64,000 nucleotides of DNA. Source: Macrostomum lignano. Taxonomy: Eukaryota. This document shows, one piece after another, positions 24,801 through 38,535 of this stretch. Below the pieces are notes generated by a model, which was given only the letters and a program-made list of their open reading frames with translations, had not been told where the DNA came from and did not search any database. Every line of letters starts with the position of its first letter. The stretch's first letter is position 1. The stretch spans positions 1 to 64,000 of the forward strand of contig NIVC01003743.1 of the NCBI GenBank assembly GCA_002269645.1, read 5' to 3'. Position numbers and translations under genes: made by a program.

Positions 24801-25120
24801 AACAGACACAGAAGGTGATGACCAAATATATTTCAACGCCCGCCCGCAGATCTGACCACCTGGCAACGCACAGACGCAAGCACACGGGTGAGAAGCCGTA
24901 TTCCTGCGGCCAGTGCAGCTACTCGGCCAGTCGAGGCGACATGGTCACCAGGCATAGGCGGACCATTCACCGCCAGGCTGGCGAAGGCTTCGCTGACGCC
25001 GAATCGAATTCAATAGCAGCTACGCGTAGTTGCCCTGTTAATGAGCAGCGTGTTCAAATTTCTCTGCCTTCAACCGCTGCTAGCGGCGTTTTCGAATCGT
25101 TGCGTTCCAGCACTCGCTGA
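21900..25120 (+). CDS. klu: Klumpfuss-like EGR/WT1-class C2H2 zinc-finger transcription factor (3 fingers), 2 exons
   Basis: Exons 21900-22393 and 24850-25120, phase 2 intron inside FAR|SDHL. Fingers CNVCGRRFQRSDLLRRHARSH, CEECGQAFARSDHLATHRRKH, TGEKPY linker and CGQCSYSASRGDMVTRH. The last finger resembles the klumpfuss Y.A.RRDMITRH finger. Confidence 0.75.
22467..23092. repeat. 27-bp minisatellite in the klu-like intron
   Basis: Unit TACCCTTCATCGAATCTGAGTAGGCGC, about 23 copies. Confidence 0.95.
23570..23853. promoter_or_regulatory. Candidate nuclear-receptor response element cluster (two AAAGGTCA sites and a perfect DR4)
   Basis: Perfect AGGTCA/TGACCT at 23573, 23690, 23750, 23838 and 23848. 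TGACCT-CAGT-TGACCT at 23838-23853. Confidence 0.45.
24030..24820. repeat. 33-bp minisatellite in the klu-like intron
   Basis: Unit GATGACCGATCATGATAAATAGACACAAAGAGT, switching to a variant sub-array after ~24570. Confidence 0.95.
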
Positions 25121-25214
25121 TGGCAGGCATGGTTTTTTGACTGAAATAAATTTTCTTTTTCGGGTGCTGCTATGGCCGCTATGACTGCGATCTGTCAGTC
25201 AGTTCTTGATCCTT

Positions 25215-25975
25215 AGGCTGCCTTAGAGCTGCCACCCCTCTGATCCTTCAGTGACCTGAGCTGCCACCCCTCTGATCCTTCAGTGGCCTGAGCTGCCACC
25301 CCTCCGATCCTTCAGTGGCCTGAGCTGCCACCCCTCTGATCCTTCAGTGGCCTGAGCTGCCACCCCTCTGATCCTTCAGTGACCTGAGCTGCCACCCCTC
25401 TGATCCCTCAGTGGCCTGAGCTGCCACCCCTCTGATCCTTCAGTGGCCTGAGCTGCCACCCCTCTGATCCTTCAGTGACCTGAGCTGCCACCCCTCTGAT
25501 CCTTCAGTGGCCTGAGCTGCCACCCCTCTGATCCTTCAGTGGCCTGAGCTGCCACCCCTCTGATCCTTCAGTGACCTGAGCTGCCACCCCTCTGATCCTT
25601 CAGTGGCCTGAGCTGCCACCCCTCTGATCCTTCAGTGACCTGAGCTGCCACCCCTCTGATCCTTCAGTGGCCTGAGCTGCCACCCCTCTGATCCTTCAGT
25701 GGCCTGAGCTGCCACCCCTCTGATCCTTCAGTGGCCTGAGCTGCCACCCCTCTGATCCTTCAGTGACCTGAGCTGCCACCCCTCTGATCCTTCAGTGACC
25801 TGAGCTGCCACCCCTCTGATCCTTCAGTGGCCTGAGCTGCCACCCCTCTGATCCTTCAGTGACCTGAGCTGCCACCCCTCTGATCCTTCAGTGGCCTGAG
25901 CTGCCACCCCTCTGATCCTTCAGTGGCCTGAGCTGCCACCCCTCTGATCCTTCAGTGGCCTGAGCTGCCACCCCT
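25215..25975. repeat. 32-bp minisatellite downstream of the klu-like stop
   Basis: Unit GAGCTGCCACCCCTCTGATCCTTCAGTG(G/A)CCT, about 24 copies. Confidence 0.95.
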
Positions 25976-26469
25976 TCGCAAGAATTTTCTGTAGATAATA
26001 AATTTTATTATTAGAAGTTATATCTGTTTAAATAGTTTGTTTTTATTGCATAGTTATTAATAAGTGCGTATTTTCTAGAATCTGGTTGCTATTTACGCGT
26101 GTTTATACATGCAAATGCCTTTCATCTTACTTTTAAACTATAGTTTATCACTATCAGTCGCCGTAATAAGCTTTGTGTAAATATACTTACTGCGATGCTA
26201 TATAATGTTGAATTACTTCTTGGTGTCAATTGGCTATCCCTAAGGAAAAAAATTAAAATGCGCCTATCACAGTGCATTTTGACGTCTCAAATAGTTAAAA
26301 TAAAAAACTCAAGTGCATCGAAAAAATCTTGTTATATTATCAGACACTATAAATTTAACAGTAGCTCTGACTTGTTGGGTTTATAATTAAAATATTTTAG
26401 GACAATATACAGCTTAGATATTTTATCTTATGTACATGTTATATAAATGGCAATTACCCTTATAGTCTG

Positions 26470-28385
26470 CACAAGAACCGCTCCTTAAATATCCCCAAGA
26501 ATCGCGCCTAAAATTTTCTAAGAACCGCCCCAAAATCTCCCTAAGACCCGTCCTTAAATCTCCGTAAGAACCGTCCCTAATTCTCCCTAAGAACCGCCCC
26601 AATATCTCCCTAAGACCCGTCCCTAAATCTCCGTAAGAATCGTCCCTAAATCTCCGTAGGAACCGTCCCGAATTCTCCCTAAGACCCGTCCCTAAATCTC
26701 CCTAAGAACCGCCCCAATATCTCCCTAAGACCCGTCCCTAATTCTCCCTAAGACCCGTCCCTAATTCTCCCTAAGAACCGCCCCAATATCTCCCTAAGAC
26801 CCGTCCCTAATTCTCCCTAAGAACCGCCCCAATATCTCCCTAAGACCCGTCCCTAATTCTCCCTAAGAACCGCCCCAATATCTCCCTAAGACCCGTCCCT
26901 AATTCTCCCTAAGAACCGCCCCAATATCTCCCTAAGACCCGTCCCTAATTCTCCCTAAGAACCGCCCCAATATCTCCCTAAGACCCGTCCCTAATTCTCC
27001 CTAAGAACCGCCCCAATATCTCCCTAAGACCCGTCCCTAATTCTCCCTAAGACCCGTCCCTAATTCTCCCTAAGAACCGCCCCAATATCTCCCTAAGACC
27101 CGTCCCTAATTCTCCCTAAGAACCGCCCCAATATCTCCCTAAGACCCGTCCCTAATTCTCCCTAAGAACCGCCCCAATATCTCCCTAAGACCCGTCCCTA
27201 ATTCTCCCTAAGAACCGCCCCAATATCTCCCTAAGACCCGTCCCTAATTCTCCCTAAGAACCGTCCCTAAATCTTTCTAAGAACGCCCCTAAATCTCCGT
27301 AGGAATCGCCCCTAAATCCCCCTAAGAACCGCTTCTAAATCGCCCTAAGAATCTCCCCTAAATCTTCTTAAGAATCGCTCCTAAATCTCTGTAAGAACCG
27401 TCCCTAATTCTCCCTAAGAACCGCCCCAATATCTCCCTAAGACCCGTCCCTAATTCTCCCTAAGAACCGCCCCAATATCTCCCTAAGACCCGTCCCTAAT
27501 TCTCCCTAAGAACCGCCCCAATATCTCCCTAAGACCCGTCCCTAATTCTCCCTAAGACCCGTCCCTAATTCTCCCTAAGAACCGCCCCAATATCTCCCTA
27601 AGACCCGTCCCTAATTCTCCCTAAGAACCGCCCCAATATCTCCCTAAGACCCGTCCCTAATTCTCCCTAAGAACCGCCCCAATATCTCCCTAAGACCCGT
27701 CCCTAATTCTCCCTAAGAACCGCCCCAATATCTCCCTAAGACCCGTCCCTAATTCTCCCTAAGAACCGTCCCTAAATCTTTCTAAGAACGCCCCTAAATC
27801 TCCGTAGGAATCGCCCCTAAATCCCCCTAAGAACCGCTTCTAAATCGCCCTAAGAATCTCCCCTAAATCTTCTTAAGAATCGCTCCTAAATCTCTGTAAG
27901 AACCGTCCCTAATTCTCCCTAAGAACCGCCCCAATATCTCCCTAAGACCCGTCCCTAATTCTCCCTAAGAACCGCCCCAATATCTCCCTAAGACCCGTCC
28001 CTAATTCTCCCTAAGAACCGCCCCAATATCTCCCTAAGACCCGTCCCTAATTCTCCCTAAGAACCGCCCCAATATCTCCCTAAGACCCGTCCCTAATTCT
28101 CCCTAAGAACCGCCCCAATATCTCCCTAAGACCCGTCCCTAATTCTCCCTAAGAACCGCCCCAATATCTCCCTAAGACCCGTCCCTAATTCTCCCTAAGA
28201 ACCGCTTCTAAATCGCCCTAAGAATCTCCCCTAAATCTTCTTAAGAATCGCTCCTAAATCTCTGTAAGAACCGTCCCTAATTCTCCCTAAGAACCGCCCC
28301 TAAATCTCCCTAAAAACCGCCCCTAAATCTCCCTAAGAACCGCCCCTAAATCTCCCTAAGAACCGCCCCTTAAATATCTTTAAGA
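26470..28385. repeat. 23-bp monomer / 46-bp dimer satellite with higher-order duplication
   Basis: Alternating CTCCCTAAGAACCGCCCCAATAT and CTCCCTAAGACCCGTCCCTAATT. A divergent block recurs at 27271 and 27776, and partly at 28201. Confidence 0.95.
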
Positions 28386-28615
28386 ATGGCTTTCAGAATT
28401 TAATTGTGTTTAATTAAATCTCGCCGTTGAAATGTCAACTCTCAGTTGACATCAATCAATCACTCAAATTATGTTTATTGCTTGCTTTTCCTTCTGCATT
28501 CCGAATTTTCTCGAACACTGACCGTCTTTGCAGTTTATCGGAAGTTGTCTGGTTTTTGTTTCAAGATTTTATTAATTTAAAAAAAACAAAGCAAACTTCT
28601 CATCGCATAGTTGCT

Positions 28616-31247
28616 ATGGCAACCGCGTACACCTGCGAACACTTGAGCACTCAGCTGGGGCCCGGCAGTCCCGGCCGCGGCCAATATGAGATGCTATTAA
28701 AGCGACTCGTTTATCCTCGCAGTCCAGTCGAACGGGTGCTGAAATCCCAGAAGCAGAAATGCGCCCAATGCGACAGTATGGCCAGGGTTCACGCTTGCCT
28801 ACTCTGCGTTCACTTTGGTTGCTATGGCAACGGTCATATTCAAGGTCACGTGGACGCAGCGCATCCGGCCGGAGGATCTCAGGCTAGGCTAAGCGTGGAT
28901 TTGAGCTCTGGCCAGGTTTACTGCCACGATTGCTCGGATTATCGCTACGATCTTAGCCTGCTGCAGATGCTGCGTCAGTGCCGACGGCGGGCCTTCAAAT
29001 CGTTAGGCGTGCCGAACTTCTTCGAAGACTGGATACCCTCTGAGGAGTTCCTAGCCGTGCTGGCTAAGAATCGATTGAATCTGCGAGTGTCAACTAATCA
29101 ATTGCTGGGATTGCGCGGCCTGGTTAATCTGGGCAATACCTGCTTTATGAGCTGCATTGTTCAGGTTAGTAAATATTGCTTTTAAACTACTTAGTAAGTA
29201 GTAAAGAAACCAGTTGATTATTTTTGTCTGTTAGCATACTGTCTAGAAGGACTGTTCGTTCGTTCACAAAAGGTGATGTTAGAAGACTACAATAAAACTG
29301 ATCAGATACATCATACAAACAAATTCTGACAACATGAACAGTTCTGACACAACATGAAGAACAGTTCTGACACAACATAAACAGCTCTGACTCAACATGA
29401 AGAACAGTTCTGACACAACATAAACAGCTCTGACTCATGAACAGTTCTGACACAACATGAAGAACAGTTCTGACACAACATGAACAGCTCTGACTCATGA
29501 ACAGTCTTGACACAACATTAACAAGTTCTGACACATGAACAGTCCTGACACAACATTAACAAATTCTGACAAAACATAAAGAACAGTCTGACACTACATG
29601 TACATGAGGAACAGTTCTGACACAACATGAGGAACAGTTCTGACAAAACATGAGGAACAGTTCTGACACAAAATGAGGAACAGTTCTGACACTACATGAG
29701 GAACAGTTCTGACACAACATGAGGAACAGTTCTGACACAAAATGAGGAACAGTTCTGACAACATGAGGAACAGCTCTGACACACCTAATACCATGTGTCA
29801 GGTCACGAATACCTACAAACCGTCCCTATCAGGCACTGGTTCACACGCCCGTGCTGCGCGACTTCTTCCTGTTGGATCCGCACTCCAGCCTGCGCGAGCA
29901 CCCCGCCCTGTCCTGCCTCGTGTGCGAGTTTGCCCGACTATTTCGCGAATTCTATTCCGACTGCGATAATCCATTCGTGCCGAGCTCCACTCTGCACTTA
30001 ATCTGGGTGCACGCGCACCATCTAGCCGGCTACGAACAGCAGGACGCGCACGAATTTCTAATGGCCGCTTTAAATCTGCTGCACCAGCATTTCCAAGCCG
30101 ATTCTGGCAGCGGAGAGCCGAACGGTTGCACAGTTGGTCACCAGCTGCAGTTACAGCAGCAGAGAAGTCCATGCCGGTGCATTGTTGACCAAGTGTTCTC
30201 TGGTGAATTCCAGTCCGATCTCAAGTGTCTCGGCTGCGACAGCGTCTCGCGTACTATCGACCCGTTTTGGGATATTTCGTTGGATATGAACACCCTGACT
30301 AGCGAGAGTCAGACTCTTGGCTGCTCTCTGGAACGGTGGGTATTTTAGCTTTAGAGATGAACCTGGTGCTGGTAAAAACCGCGGTAATTTTCCGTTTAGA
30401 AAATGAGGTCTCGGATAATTCGTATGGGAATTTTGGGAGCTAAGATAATGAATTAATGGATTCTCTGGGGAATTTAGGCATTCTAAATGGAACTTGGGTG
30501 CATTCTAGGGAAATTGAGATATTCTAGGGGTAATTCAGGCGTTCTAGGGGGAATTTAATCATTCCAGGGGGAATTTAGGCATTCTGGGGAGGGAGTTTAG
30601 GCATACTAAATGGATTTTATACATTCAAAAGAAATTTATACATTCTAGGGATAATTCAGGGGGGATTTGGAGGATTTCGTTGGGGAATCAAAAGATTCTA
30701 CGGAGGAATCGAGGGATTTTAGTGGAGAATTCCGTAGGAAAGAATAATATATTTTTGGGTTTTGAAAAGAACTGCCCAGGTGTGCCGCATTGTTTGCAGG
30801 TACATCGCCCCCGAGCATCGAGGCAAGATTCGCTGCTTCCGCTGCCAGACAGTGCAAGACTCTATCAAACAGTTGACCTTTCGCAAGCTGCCAGTTGTGG
30901 CCTGTTTCCATTTCAAACGGTTCCAGCACGCCTGTCTGAACCACAGGAAGATTAGCACTCACATCTCGTTTCCCGAGCTGCTCGACATGACACCGTTCAT
31001 GTCTAGCAAGGCTAATCACGACGACTCGTTGGAGCGTCTTGGCAAACAGTACCGCCTGTTCTGCGTAGTGAATCACTCCGGTAGTCTGAGCGCCGGTCAC
31101 TACACCTGCTACGTGCGGCACAATTGTAACACCTGGTACAAATGCGACGATCACCAGATTAGCGATGTGCCAGTGTCTGAGGTGCTGACCTCCGAGGGCT
31201 ATCTGCTGTTCTATCACAAAGTTGTGCTAGATTATCATGTCACTTAA
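28616..31247 (+). CDS. USP22: Ubiquitin carboxyl-terminal hydrolase 22 / nonstop (SAGA DUB module), 3 exons
   Basis: Exons 28616-29164, 29833-30335 and 30800-31247 join in frame. N-terminal ZnF-UBP, Cys box GLVNLGNTCFMSCIVQ|ALVHTP, EQQDAHEF, KLPVVACFHFKRF, His box VVNHSGSLSAGHY..WYKCDD. Confidence 0.95.
29325..29775. repeat. ~23-bp minisatellite, USP22 intron 1
   Basis: Unit GAGGAACAGTTCTGACACAACAT with variants. Confidence 0.9.
30430..30740. repeat. Degenerate ~20-bp repeat, USP22 intron 2
   Basis: Recurrent ATTCTAGGGGGAATTTAGGC-like units. Confidence 0.6.
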
Positions 31248-31511
31248 TTTATAAATAGTGACTGACTGACTGCCTGGCTGACTATTAAAAAAGACTATGA
31301 CTACAAATGTCTTTTAAAACAACTTATTTATTCAGGCGTACTTGTGCGCGTTTCAGTAAACGGTTTAAACTAAATGAGAAATTTAATACTAACCAAAACT
31401 GTAGCTTGGTGTGTTTTATAACCATAATAATATTAACTTCTATTTACTATAATTGTTTAATGCATCGTTAATTATCCCAGAATATTGGTTTTTCTACAGC
31501 TGCTAGAGTAG

Positions 31512-32231
31512 CTAGATATGCCGCTCGCAATTAAAGTTATGAAAGAAGTACACATCTACTCTTCCCGATGGGAAAAGGGCAGCCTTAGGGATAAGGGATA
31601 AGCTTATTTCAGTAGTTTGTCTGTGCTATGTCACTTAAATTTTATGTGGCAGCTAAAATTTCTTTTTGCTTCGTCGGGGCGTATGGGTTTAAGAAGGAAC
31701 AGCAAGAATTTAACTCCTACACAAGCGAACCCAAGATGGACGAAACTCTGTCTAGGGGACAGGCCCAATCTGGCTCAGCCAATGAGAGAGCAGTAAGGAG
31801 AGAGGTGAAATTTAGAAGAAACTCAGCCTAGGGGACAGGCCCAATCAGCCAATGAGAGAGCAGTAAGGAGAGAGGTGAAATTTAGACGAAACTCAGCCTA
31901 GGGGACAGGCCCAATCAGCCAATGAGAGAGCAGTAAGGAGAGAGGTGAAATTTGGACGAAACTCAGCCTAGGGGACAGGCCCAATCTGGCTCAGCCAATG
32001 AGAGAGCAGTAAAGAGAGAGAGGTCAGTCAGACGGACGAAACTCAGCCTAGGGGACAGGCCCAATCTGGCTCAGCCAATGAGAGAGAAGTAAGGAAAGGT
32101 GAAATTTGGACGAAACTCAGCCTAGGGGACAGGCCCGATTTGGCTCAGTCAATGAGAGAAAACAAAGAACTATAACTTTCCTACTGAACAGAGTTGATGA
32201 ACGAAATTTTTTTGCAAGTGACATATTTAGT
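31512..32231 (+). mobile_element. TIR element (copy A) with an internal ~70-77-bp CCAAT-box tandem array
   Basis: Left CTAGATATGCCGCTCGCAA, right TTGCAAGTGACATATTTAGT. About 5-6 units containing AGCCAATGAGAG at 31750-32160. Colinear with the reverse complement of 38536-39273. Confidence 0.75.
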
Positions 32232-32784
32232 TTTCTAGCATCTCGTGTACGATTATCTGACCTTACATGATTATTTATTTACCGCTTATGTTTGTCTTAT
32301 GTTTGTCTTTTTTCCTAATATTATTGATAATATCAATGCTGTAAAATAAACGGATAACTTATTGATGTAAAATGAACTAAATAAATATTTATGTTTAGTG
32401 CTTTCAGCCTGTAACTGATGTTCGTGTACCAACCCAACTAAATAAGACTGAAGTGTGTTGTATAGTGCCGCTATCGTTTTGATCAGATTTTTAAAGAGTG
32501 ACTACTGACTGATTCACTGTTGACTAAGTGTATACATTTAATTACTCTAGAAATGATAGGTAGTACACTATCCATATAAACTTCTGAAGCCATTTTTAAC
32601 ACAGTCCTTGACTTGCTCCCCAGTTATATTGTGCGTAACTGCTTAGACAGGCGGTCTTTGTAGTCCTGTAGCGCTTTCATTCACTCTCATTCATTCTCGC
32701 TTCACTCTTATGGTTTTCTGTCTGTCTGCCTGCCTTTCTGTCTGTCTGTATGTCTGCCTGCCGTCTGTCTGTCTGTCTGTCTGT

Positions 32785-34545
32785 CTGTCTGTGTTTGTCA
32801 GCTTGCCTACCTGCCTGTTTGTTTTAGTATCAATGTCTCTGTGTTTGTCAGCTTGCCTACCTGCCTGTTTGTTTTAGTATCAATGTGTCTGTGTTTGTCA
32901 GCTTGCCTACCTGCCTGTTTGTTTTAGTATCAATGTCTCTGTGTTTGTCAGCTTGCCTACCTGCCTGTTTGTTTTAGTATCAATGTCTCTGTGTTTGTCA
33001 GCTTGCCTACCTGCCTGTTTGTTTTAGTATCAATGTGTCTGTGTTTGTCAGCTTGCCTACCTGCCTGTTTGTTTTAGTATCAATGTCTCTGTGTTTGTCA
33101 GCTTGCCTACCTGCCTGTTTGTTTTAGTATCAATGTGTCTGTGTTTGTCAGCTTGCCTACCTGCCTGTTTGTTTTAGTATCAATGTCTGTCTGTGTTTGT
33201 CAGCTTGCCTACCTGCCTGTTTGTTTTAGTATCAATGTCTCTGTGTTTGTCAGCTTGCCTACCTGCCTGTTTGTTTTAGTATCAATGTGTCTGTGTTTGT
33301 CAGCTTGCCTACCTGCCTGTTTGTTTTAGTATCAATGTCTCTGTGTTTGTCAGCTTGCCTACCTGCCTGTTTGTTTTAGTATCAATGTCTCTGTGTTTGT
33401 CAGCTTGCCTACCTGCCTGTTTGTTTTAGTATCAATGTCTCTGTGTTTGTCAGCTTGCCTACCTGCCTGTTTGTTTTAGTATCAATGTGTCTGTGTTTGT
33501 CAGCTTGCCTACCTGCCTGTTTGTTTTAGTATCAATGTCTGTCTGTGTTTGTCAGCTTGCCTACCTGCCTGTTTGTTTTAGTATCAATGTCTCTGTGTTT
33601 GTCAGCTTGCCTACCTGCCTGTTTGTTTTAGTATCAATGTGTCTGTGTTTGTCAGCTTGCCTACCTGCCTGTTTGTTTTAGTATCAATGTCTCTGTGTTT
33701 GTCAGCTTGCCTACCTGCCTGTTTGTTTTAGTATCAATGTCTCTGTGTTTGTCAGCTTGCCTACCTGCCTGTTTGTTTTAGTATCAATGTCTCTGTGTTT
33801 GTCAGCTTGCCTACCTGCCTGTTTGTTTTAGTATCAATGTGTCTGTGTTTGTCAGCTTGCCTACCTGCCTGTTTGTTTTAGTATCAATGTCTCTGTGTTT
33901 GTCAGCTTGCCTACCTGCCTGTTTGTTTTAGTATCAATGTGTCTGTGTTTGTCAGCTTGCCTACCTGCCTGTTTTAGTATCAATGTCTCTGTGTTTGTCA
34001 GCTTGCCTACCTGCCTGTTTGTTTTAGTATCAATGTGTCTGTGTTTGTCAGCTTGCCTACCTGCCTGTTTGTTTTAGTATCAATGTCTCTGTGTTTGTCA
34101 GCTTGCCTACCTGCCTGTTTGTTTTAGTATCAATGTCTCTGTGTTTGTCAGCTTGCCTACCTGCCTGTTTGTTTTAGTATCAATGTCTGTCTGTGTTTGT
34201 CAGCTTGCCTACCTGCCTGTTTGTTTTAGTATCAATGTCTCTGTGTTTGTCAGCTTGCCTACCTGCCTGTTTGTTTTAGTATCAATGTCTCTGTGTTTGT
34301 CAGCTTGCCTACCTGCCTGTTTGTTTTAGTATCAATGTCTGTCTGTGTTTGTCAGCTTGCCTACCTGCCTGTTTGTTTTAGTATCAATGTCTGTCTGTGT
34401 TTGTCAGCTTGCCTACCTGCCTGTTTGTTTTAGTATCAATGTCTGTCTGTGTTTGTCAGCTTGCCTACCTGCCTGTTTGTTTTAGTATCAATGTCTGTCT
34501 GTGTTTGTCTGCTTGCCTACCTGCCTGTTTGTTTTAGTATCAATT
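32785..34545. repeat. 50-bp minisatellite between USP22 and DUS4L
   Basis: Unit CTGTGTTTGTCAGCTTGCCTACCTGCCTGTTTGTTTTAGTATCAATGT(C/G)T, about 35 copies, flanked by TGTC microsatellite. Confidence 0.95.
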
Positions 34546-35294
34546 TGTTTGTCTGTCTGTCTGTGTCTGTCAATCCGTCAGTCTCTATCATTCTATAAAA
34601 TTCTGTCTTAGTGTGCGTTTTTCTGTCTGTATTGTTATTTTTTTGGTATTCATTTTGCTAAAGTCTCTCTGAATACTAAATTTAGCAAAAATCTCTGTTT
34701 GGTTTAACATCCATCCTTCAGTATCTTAAAATTTCTTGATTTTCTCTCTTCATTACTGTTTCTTTCTGTGTCTTTCTTGTTTTTTATTAAAATTCAAAAT
34801 GGTCAGCATATATTTTGTTATTCTGTTAACCCCAATACTTCATTGGCAACTCTATTTAACTGCAGTAATACAGTCTGTTGGTATTACATCAGCATGGCTA
34901 ACTTACTGTTTGGCTTTCATGTTGTTTTCTTTAATTGCTGTCATTTGTAATATGAGAATAATAAATAATTAACATTGTGTTGAACTCCCTGTCGCCCAGT
35001 CCTTTCGCACCCCCCACTGTCTCCGCAGTGTTTACCATGTTTGACAACTTGACGAATATCCGTAATAAAAAAATAAACTTTGGACCCGCTTTGTCATCAG
35101 TTTGATCTTGTTTGACGTCAATTTCGATCGCTTATTGAAATATTATTTGTTTTAATTCGTCCTTGAATTTCTGCTTTCAGTTTGATAAAACTGTGTAGGT
35201 TATAGTCCCATCAGCTTTTCTATGCCTCCGTAATTCGATATCTAGTATGATTGTAATGGTAAGTTTAGTACAATTACCCCAGTATTTTCTCTAG

Positions 35295-35370
35295 CCATCT
35301 ATGTATCTTTATCCATCTATCTATCTATCTATCTTTCTATCTATCTGTCTATCTATCTATCTATCTATCG

Positions 35371-35406
<36 letters not shown>

Positions 35407-35470
35407 ATCTATCTGTCTATCTATCTATCTTTCTATCTAACTGTCTATCTATCTATCTATCTATCTATCC

Positions 35471-35506
<36 letters not shown>

Positions 35507-35612
35507 ATCTATCTGTCTATCTATCTATCTTTCTATCTATCTGTCTATCTATCTATCTATCTATCTATCTAACTGTCTATCTATCTATCTATCTATCTAT
35601 CTGTCTGTCTGT
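35295..35612. repeat. (TCTA)n microsatellite
   Basis: Direct reading. Confidence 0.95.
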
Positions 35613-35703
35613 GTAGTAATATCAGCTTCTAATTAGTCACTAAGACAAAATAGCATCCACAATGTTTGCCGCTTATCTTATCCTATTCCATCTTACAAAA
35701 TTC

Positions 35704-37657
35704 ATGTCGTCAAGCGAGCGCAGCAAGCTGTCAAAATTCTGCCAGCCCGGCAGGCCGTATGTCCGCATCTGCGCACCGATGGTTCGCTACTCCAAGCTTC
35801 CGTTTCGCTATCTGATGCGTCAGTACGGCTGCGACCTGTGCTACACGCCTATGATCGTCGCTTCGTCCTTTCTGTGCTCCGACAAGGCCAGGGACAACGA
35901 ATTCGTCACTGGGCCGGGCGACCGGCCTCTCATAGTGCAGTTCGCTTCTAACGATCCGGCAGAGTTCGCCGCCTGCGTCCAGTTGGTCGAGCCGCACTGC
36001 GACGGCGTGGATTTGAATTGCGGCTGTCCGCAACGCTGGGCCAATCAGCAGAATCTTGGCGTTTGTTTGTGCTCACAGCCGCAACTGTTAGCAGAGATGC
36101 TCACGGCTGCCAGGGCGGCGCTGCGATGTCCTAATAAGTTTGCGCTATCCGCAAAAATTCGATTGTGTCCGGATATGCGCGACACGGAGCGGCTGTGCTT
36201 GGTGAGCATGCCATACATGCGCAACCTTGGGGATCACTGGCCGTTTCTATTGGCAACACACATATGTAAGTCGCTATTGGCTGAGAGCAGTCACGTGACT
36301 ACTATTCTGTCCAATAGCGACTTACATGTGTGTGCTGTGTGTGTCGCCAATATAAACAGCCGGGTGAATCCCTAGATTGCGCCCAAGCATGTTGGTGAGG
36401 GGAGAGCAGTATAAAATTAGCCCAATGTACATTCTAAACCCAGAATGTAGATTGCCAGTTTGCTAAAAAATAGCCGCCCAAACCCAGAATGTAGATTGCC
36501 AGTTTGCTAAAAAATAGCCGCCCAAATCCAGAATGTACATTGACAGTGTGCTAAAAATAGACGCTTAAATCCAGAATGTACATTGCCAGTGTGCTAAAAA
36601 AATGCCCACATCCAGAATGTGCATTGCCAGTGTGTTAAAAATAGACGCCCAAATTTAGAATGTACATTGCCAGTGTGTTAAAAATAGACGCCCAAAATCT
36701 AGAATGTACATTGCCAGTGTGCTAAAAATAGATGCCTTAACCCAGAATGTACATTGCCAGTGACCCAAAAATAGACGCCTAAACCCAGAATGTAGATTGC
36801 ACAGTTTGCTAAAAATAGCCGCCCAAATCCAGAATGTACATTGCCAGTGTTCTAAAAATAGACGCTTAAACCCAGAATGTACATTGCCAGTGTTCTAAAA
36901 ACGCCTAAACCCAGAATGTAGATTGCCAGTTTGCTAAAAATAGCTGCCCAAATCCAGAATGTACATTGCCAGTGTTCTAAAAATAGACGCCTAAACCCAG
37001 AATTGATGATGTGCTAAAAATAGCCACCCAAATCCAGAATGTACATTGCCAGTGTGCTAGAAATAGATGCCTAAACCCAAAATTTACATTGCCAGTGTGC
37101 TAAAAATAGACGCCCAAATTCAGAATGTACATTGTCTGTGAGATAAGTAAAAATAGCTTTTGCCGCTCTTACCCACTCAGACCCTCGAAAAGGCCGGAGC
37201 AGATTGGATAACTGTGCACTGTCGCACTCCAACCCAGCGTCACGAGCCGGCAGACTGGGAAGCTTTAGCCCGACTACGCTCTGTTTTGCCGACCCGCATA
37301 GCTCTGGTTGCCAATGGCGACGTGTTTAATCTATTGGACGCGGACAGATTACATTCTCTTACTGGCTGTTTAGGCGTCATGTCCGCCAGAGGCCTAATAC
37401 GCAATCCGGCCATGTTCTCGCCAGAGAGGCCGTTGACAACGCCTAACGAGTGCGTTCGACGATTTTTATGGCTGAGCTTGAGTCTGGGCCTACCCTATCC
37501 GGTGTTTCACTATCACCTGGTGCACATGCTCGAGGATCGATTGAGTCGGGCTGAGGCGCATTTCTTCAATTATTTGACCAGCGTAGCCGCTGTTATTGAC
37601 TTTGTCAATCGGTGGGTTCTGAATGCTCATAATGGGGATTGTGGCAATGATGATTGA
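35704..37657 (+). CDS. DUS4L: tRNA-dihydrouridine(20a/20b) synthase, DUS4-like, 2 exons (upstream in-frame ATG at 35662 possible)
   Basis: Exons 35704-36201 and 37181-37657, phase 0. ICAPMVRYSKLPFR, DLCYTPM, PLIVQF, GVDLNCGCPQRWA, WITVHCRT, VANGDV, GVMSARGLIRNPAMF. Confidence 0.95.
36435..37135. repeat. ~43-bp minisatellite, DUS4L intron
   Basis: Unit CCAGAATGTACATTGCCAGTGTGCTAAAAATAGACGCCTAAAC, moderately diverged. Confidence 0.9.
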
Positions 37658-38280
37658 TGACGATGATAATGGTGATGATGATTGATGATGATAGTGATGA
37701 TGACGATGGTAATGATGATGATTAATGATGATAGTGATGATGGTAATGGTGATAATGATGATTAATGATGATAGTTATGATAGCAATGGTAATGATGATG
37801 ATTAATGATGATAGTGATGATGACAATGGTAATGATGATGATTAATGATGATAGTGATGATGGTAATGGTGATAATGATGATTAATGATGATAGTGATGA
37901 TGGTAATGGTGATAATGATGATTAATGATGATAGTTATGATAGCAATGGTAATGATGATGATTAATGATGATAGTGATGATGACAATGGTAATGATGATG
38001 ATTAATGATGATAGTGATGATGGTAATGGTGATAATGATGATTAATGATGATAGTGATGATGGTAATTGTGATTGGTGATGATGATTATTGATGATGATA
38101 GGGATAATGGTAATGGTGATGATGATTATTAATGATGATAGGAATGATGGTAATGGTGATGGTTGATGATGATTATTGATTATTAATTGATTAATTGATT
38201 ATTGATTATTAATTGATAGGTATGATGGAAATGGTGATGATAGATAATGGCAATGGTGATGATGATGATGATGATGAAAC
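37640..38280. repeat. GAT/ATG-based compound microsatellite at the DUS4L 3' end
   Basis: Direct reading. Overlaps the last codons of DUS4L. Confidence 0.9.
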
Positions 38281-38535
38281 TGAACTCAGTCGTGGCACAA
38301 TTAATTTCGAATAAATTATGCTGCAGTGCGCCCTCTGTTTTATCTCATTAAAAGTGCCGTTATGACAGAGCTGAAATAATCTATAAGCCTATCATTAGCT
38401 GTCAGTGCAGGGGAATCTGTTACGATTTGAGATTCTGGCAATGTTTGTCTAAATCATTATTTCCATCTAAATCATCTGTCTTCCTTGTGTGTTCAGATTT
38501 AAATTTACTGCCTAGTAACCACGGCTACTCAAATT

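Noticed and set aside
31294-31311. ACTATGACTACAAATGTC, resembling the core-deleted 28S junction
   Set aside because: Too short, and the flanks do not match.
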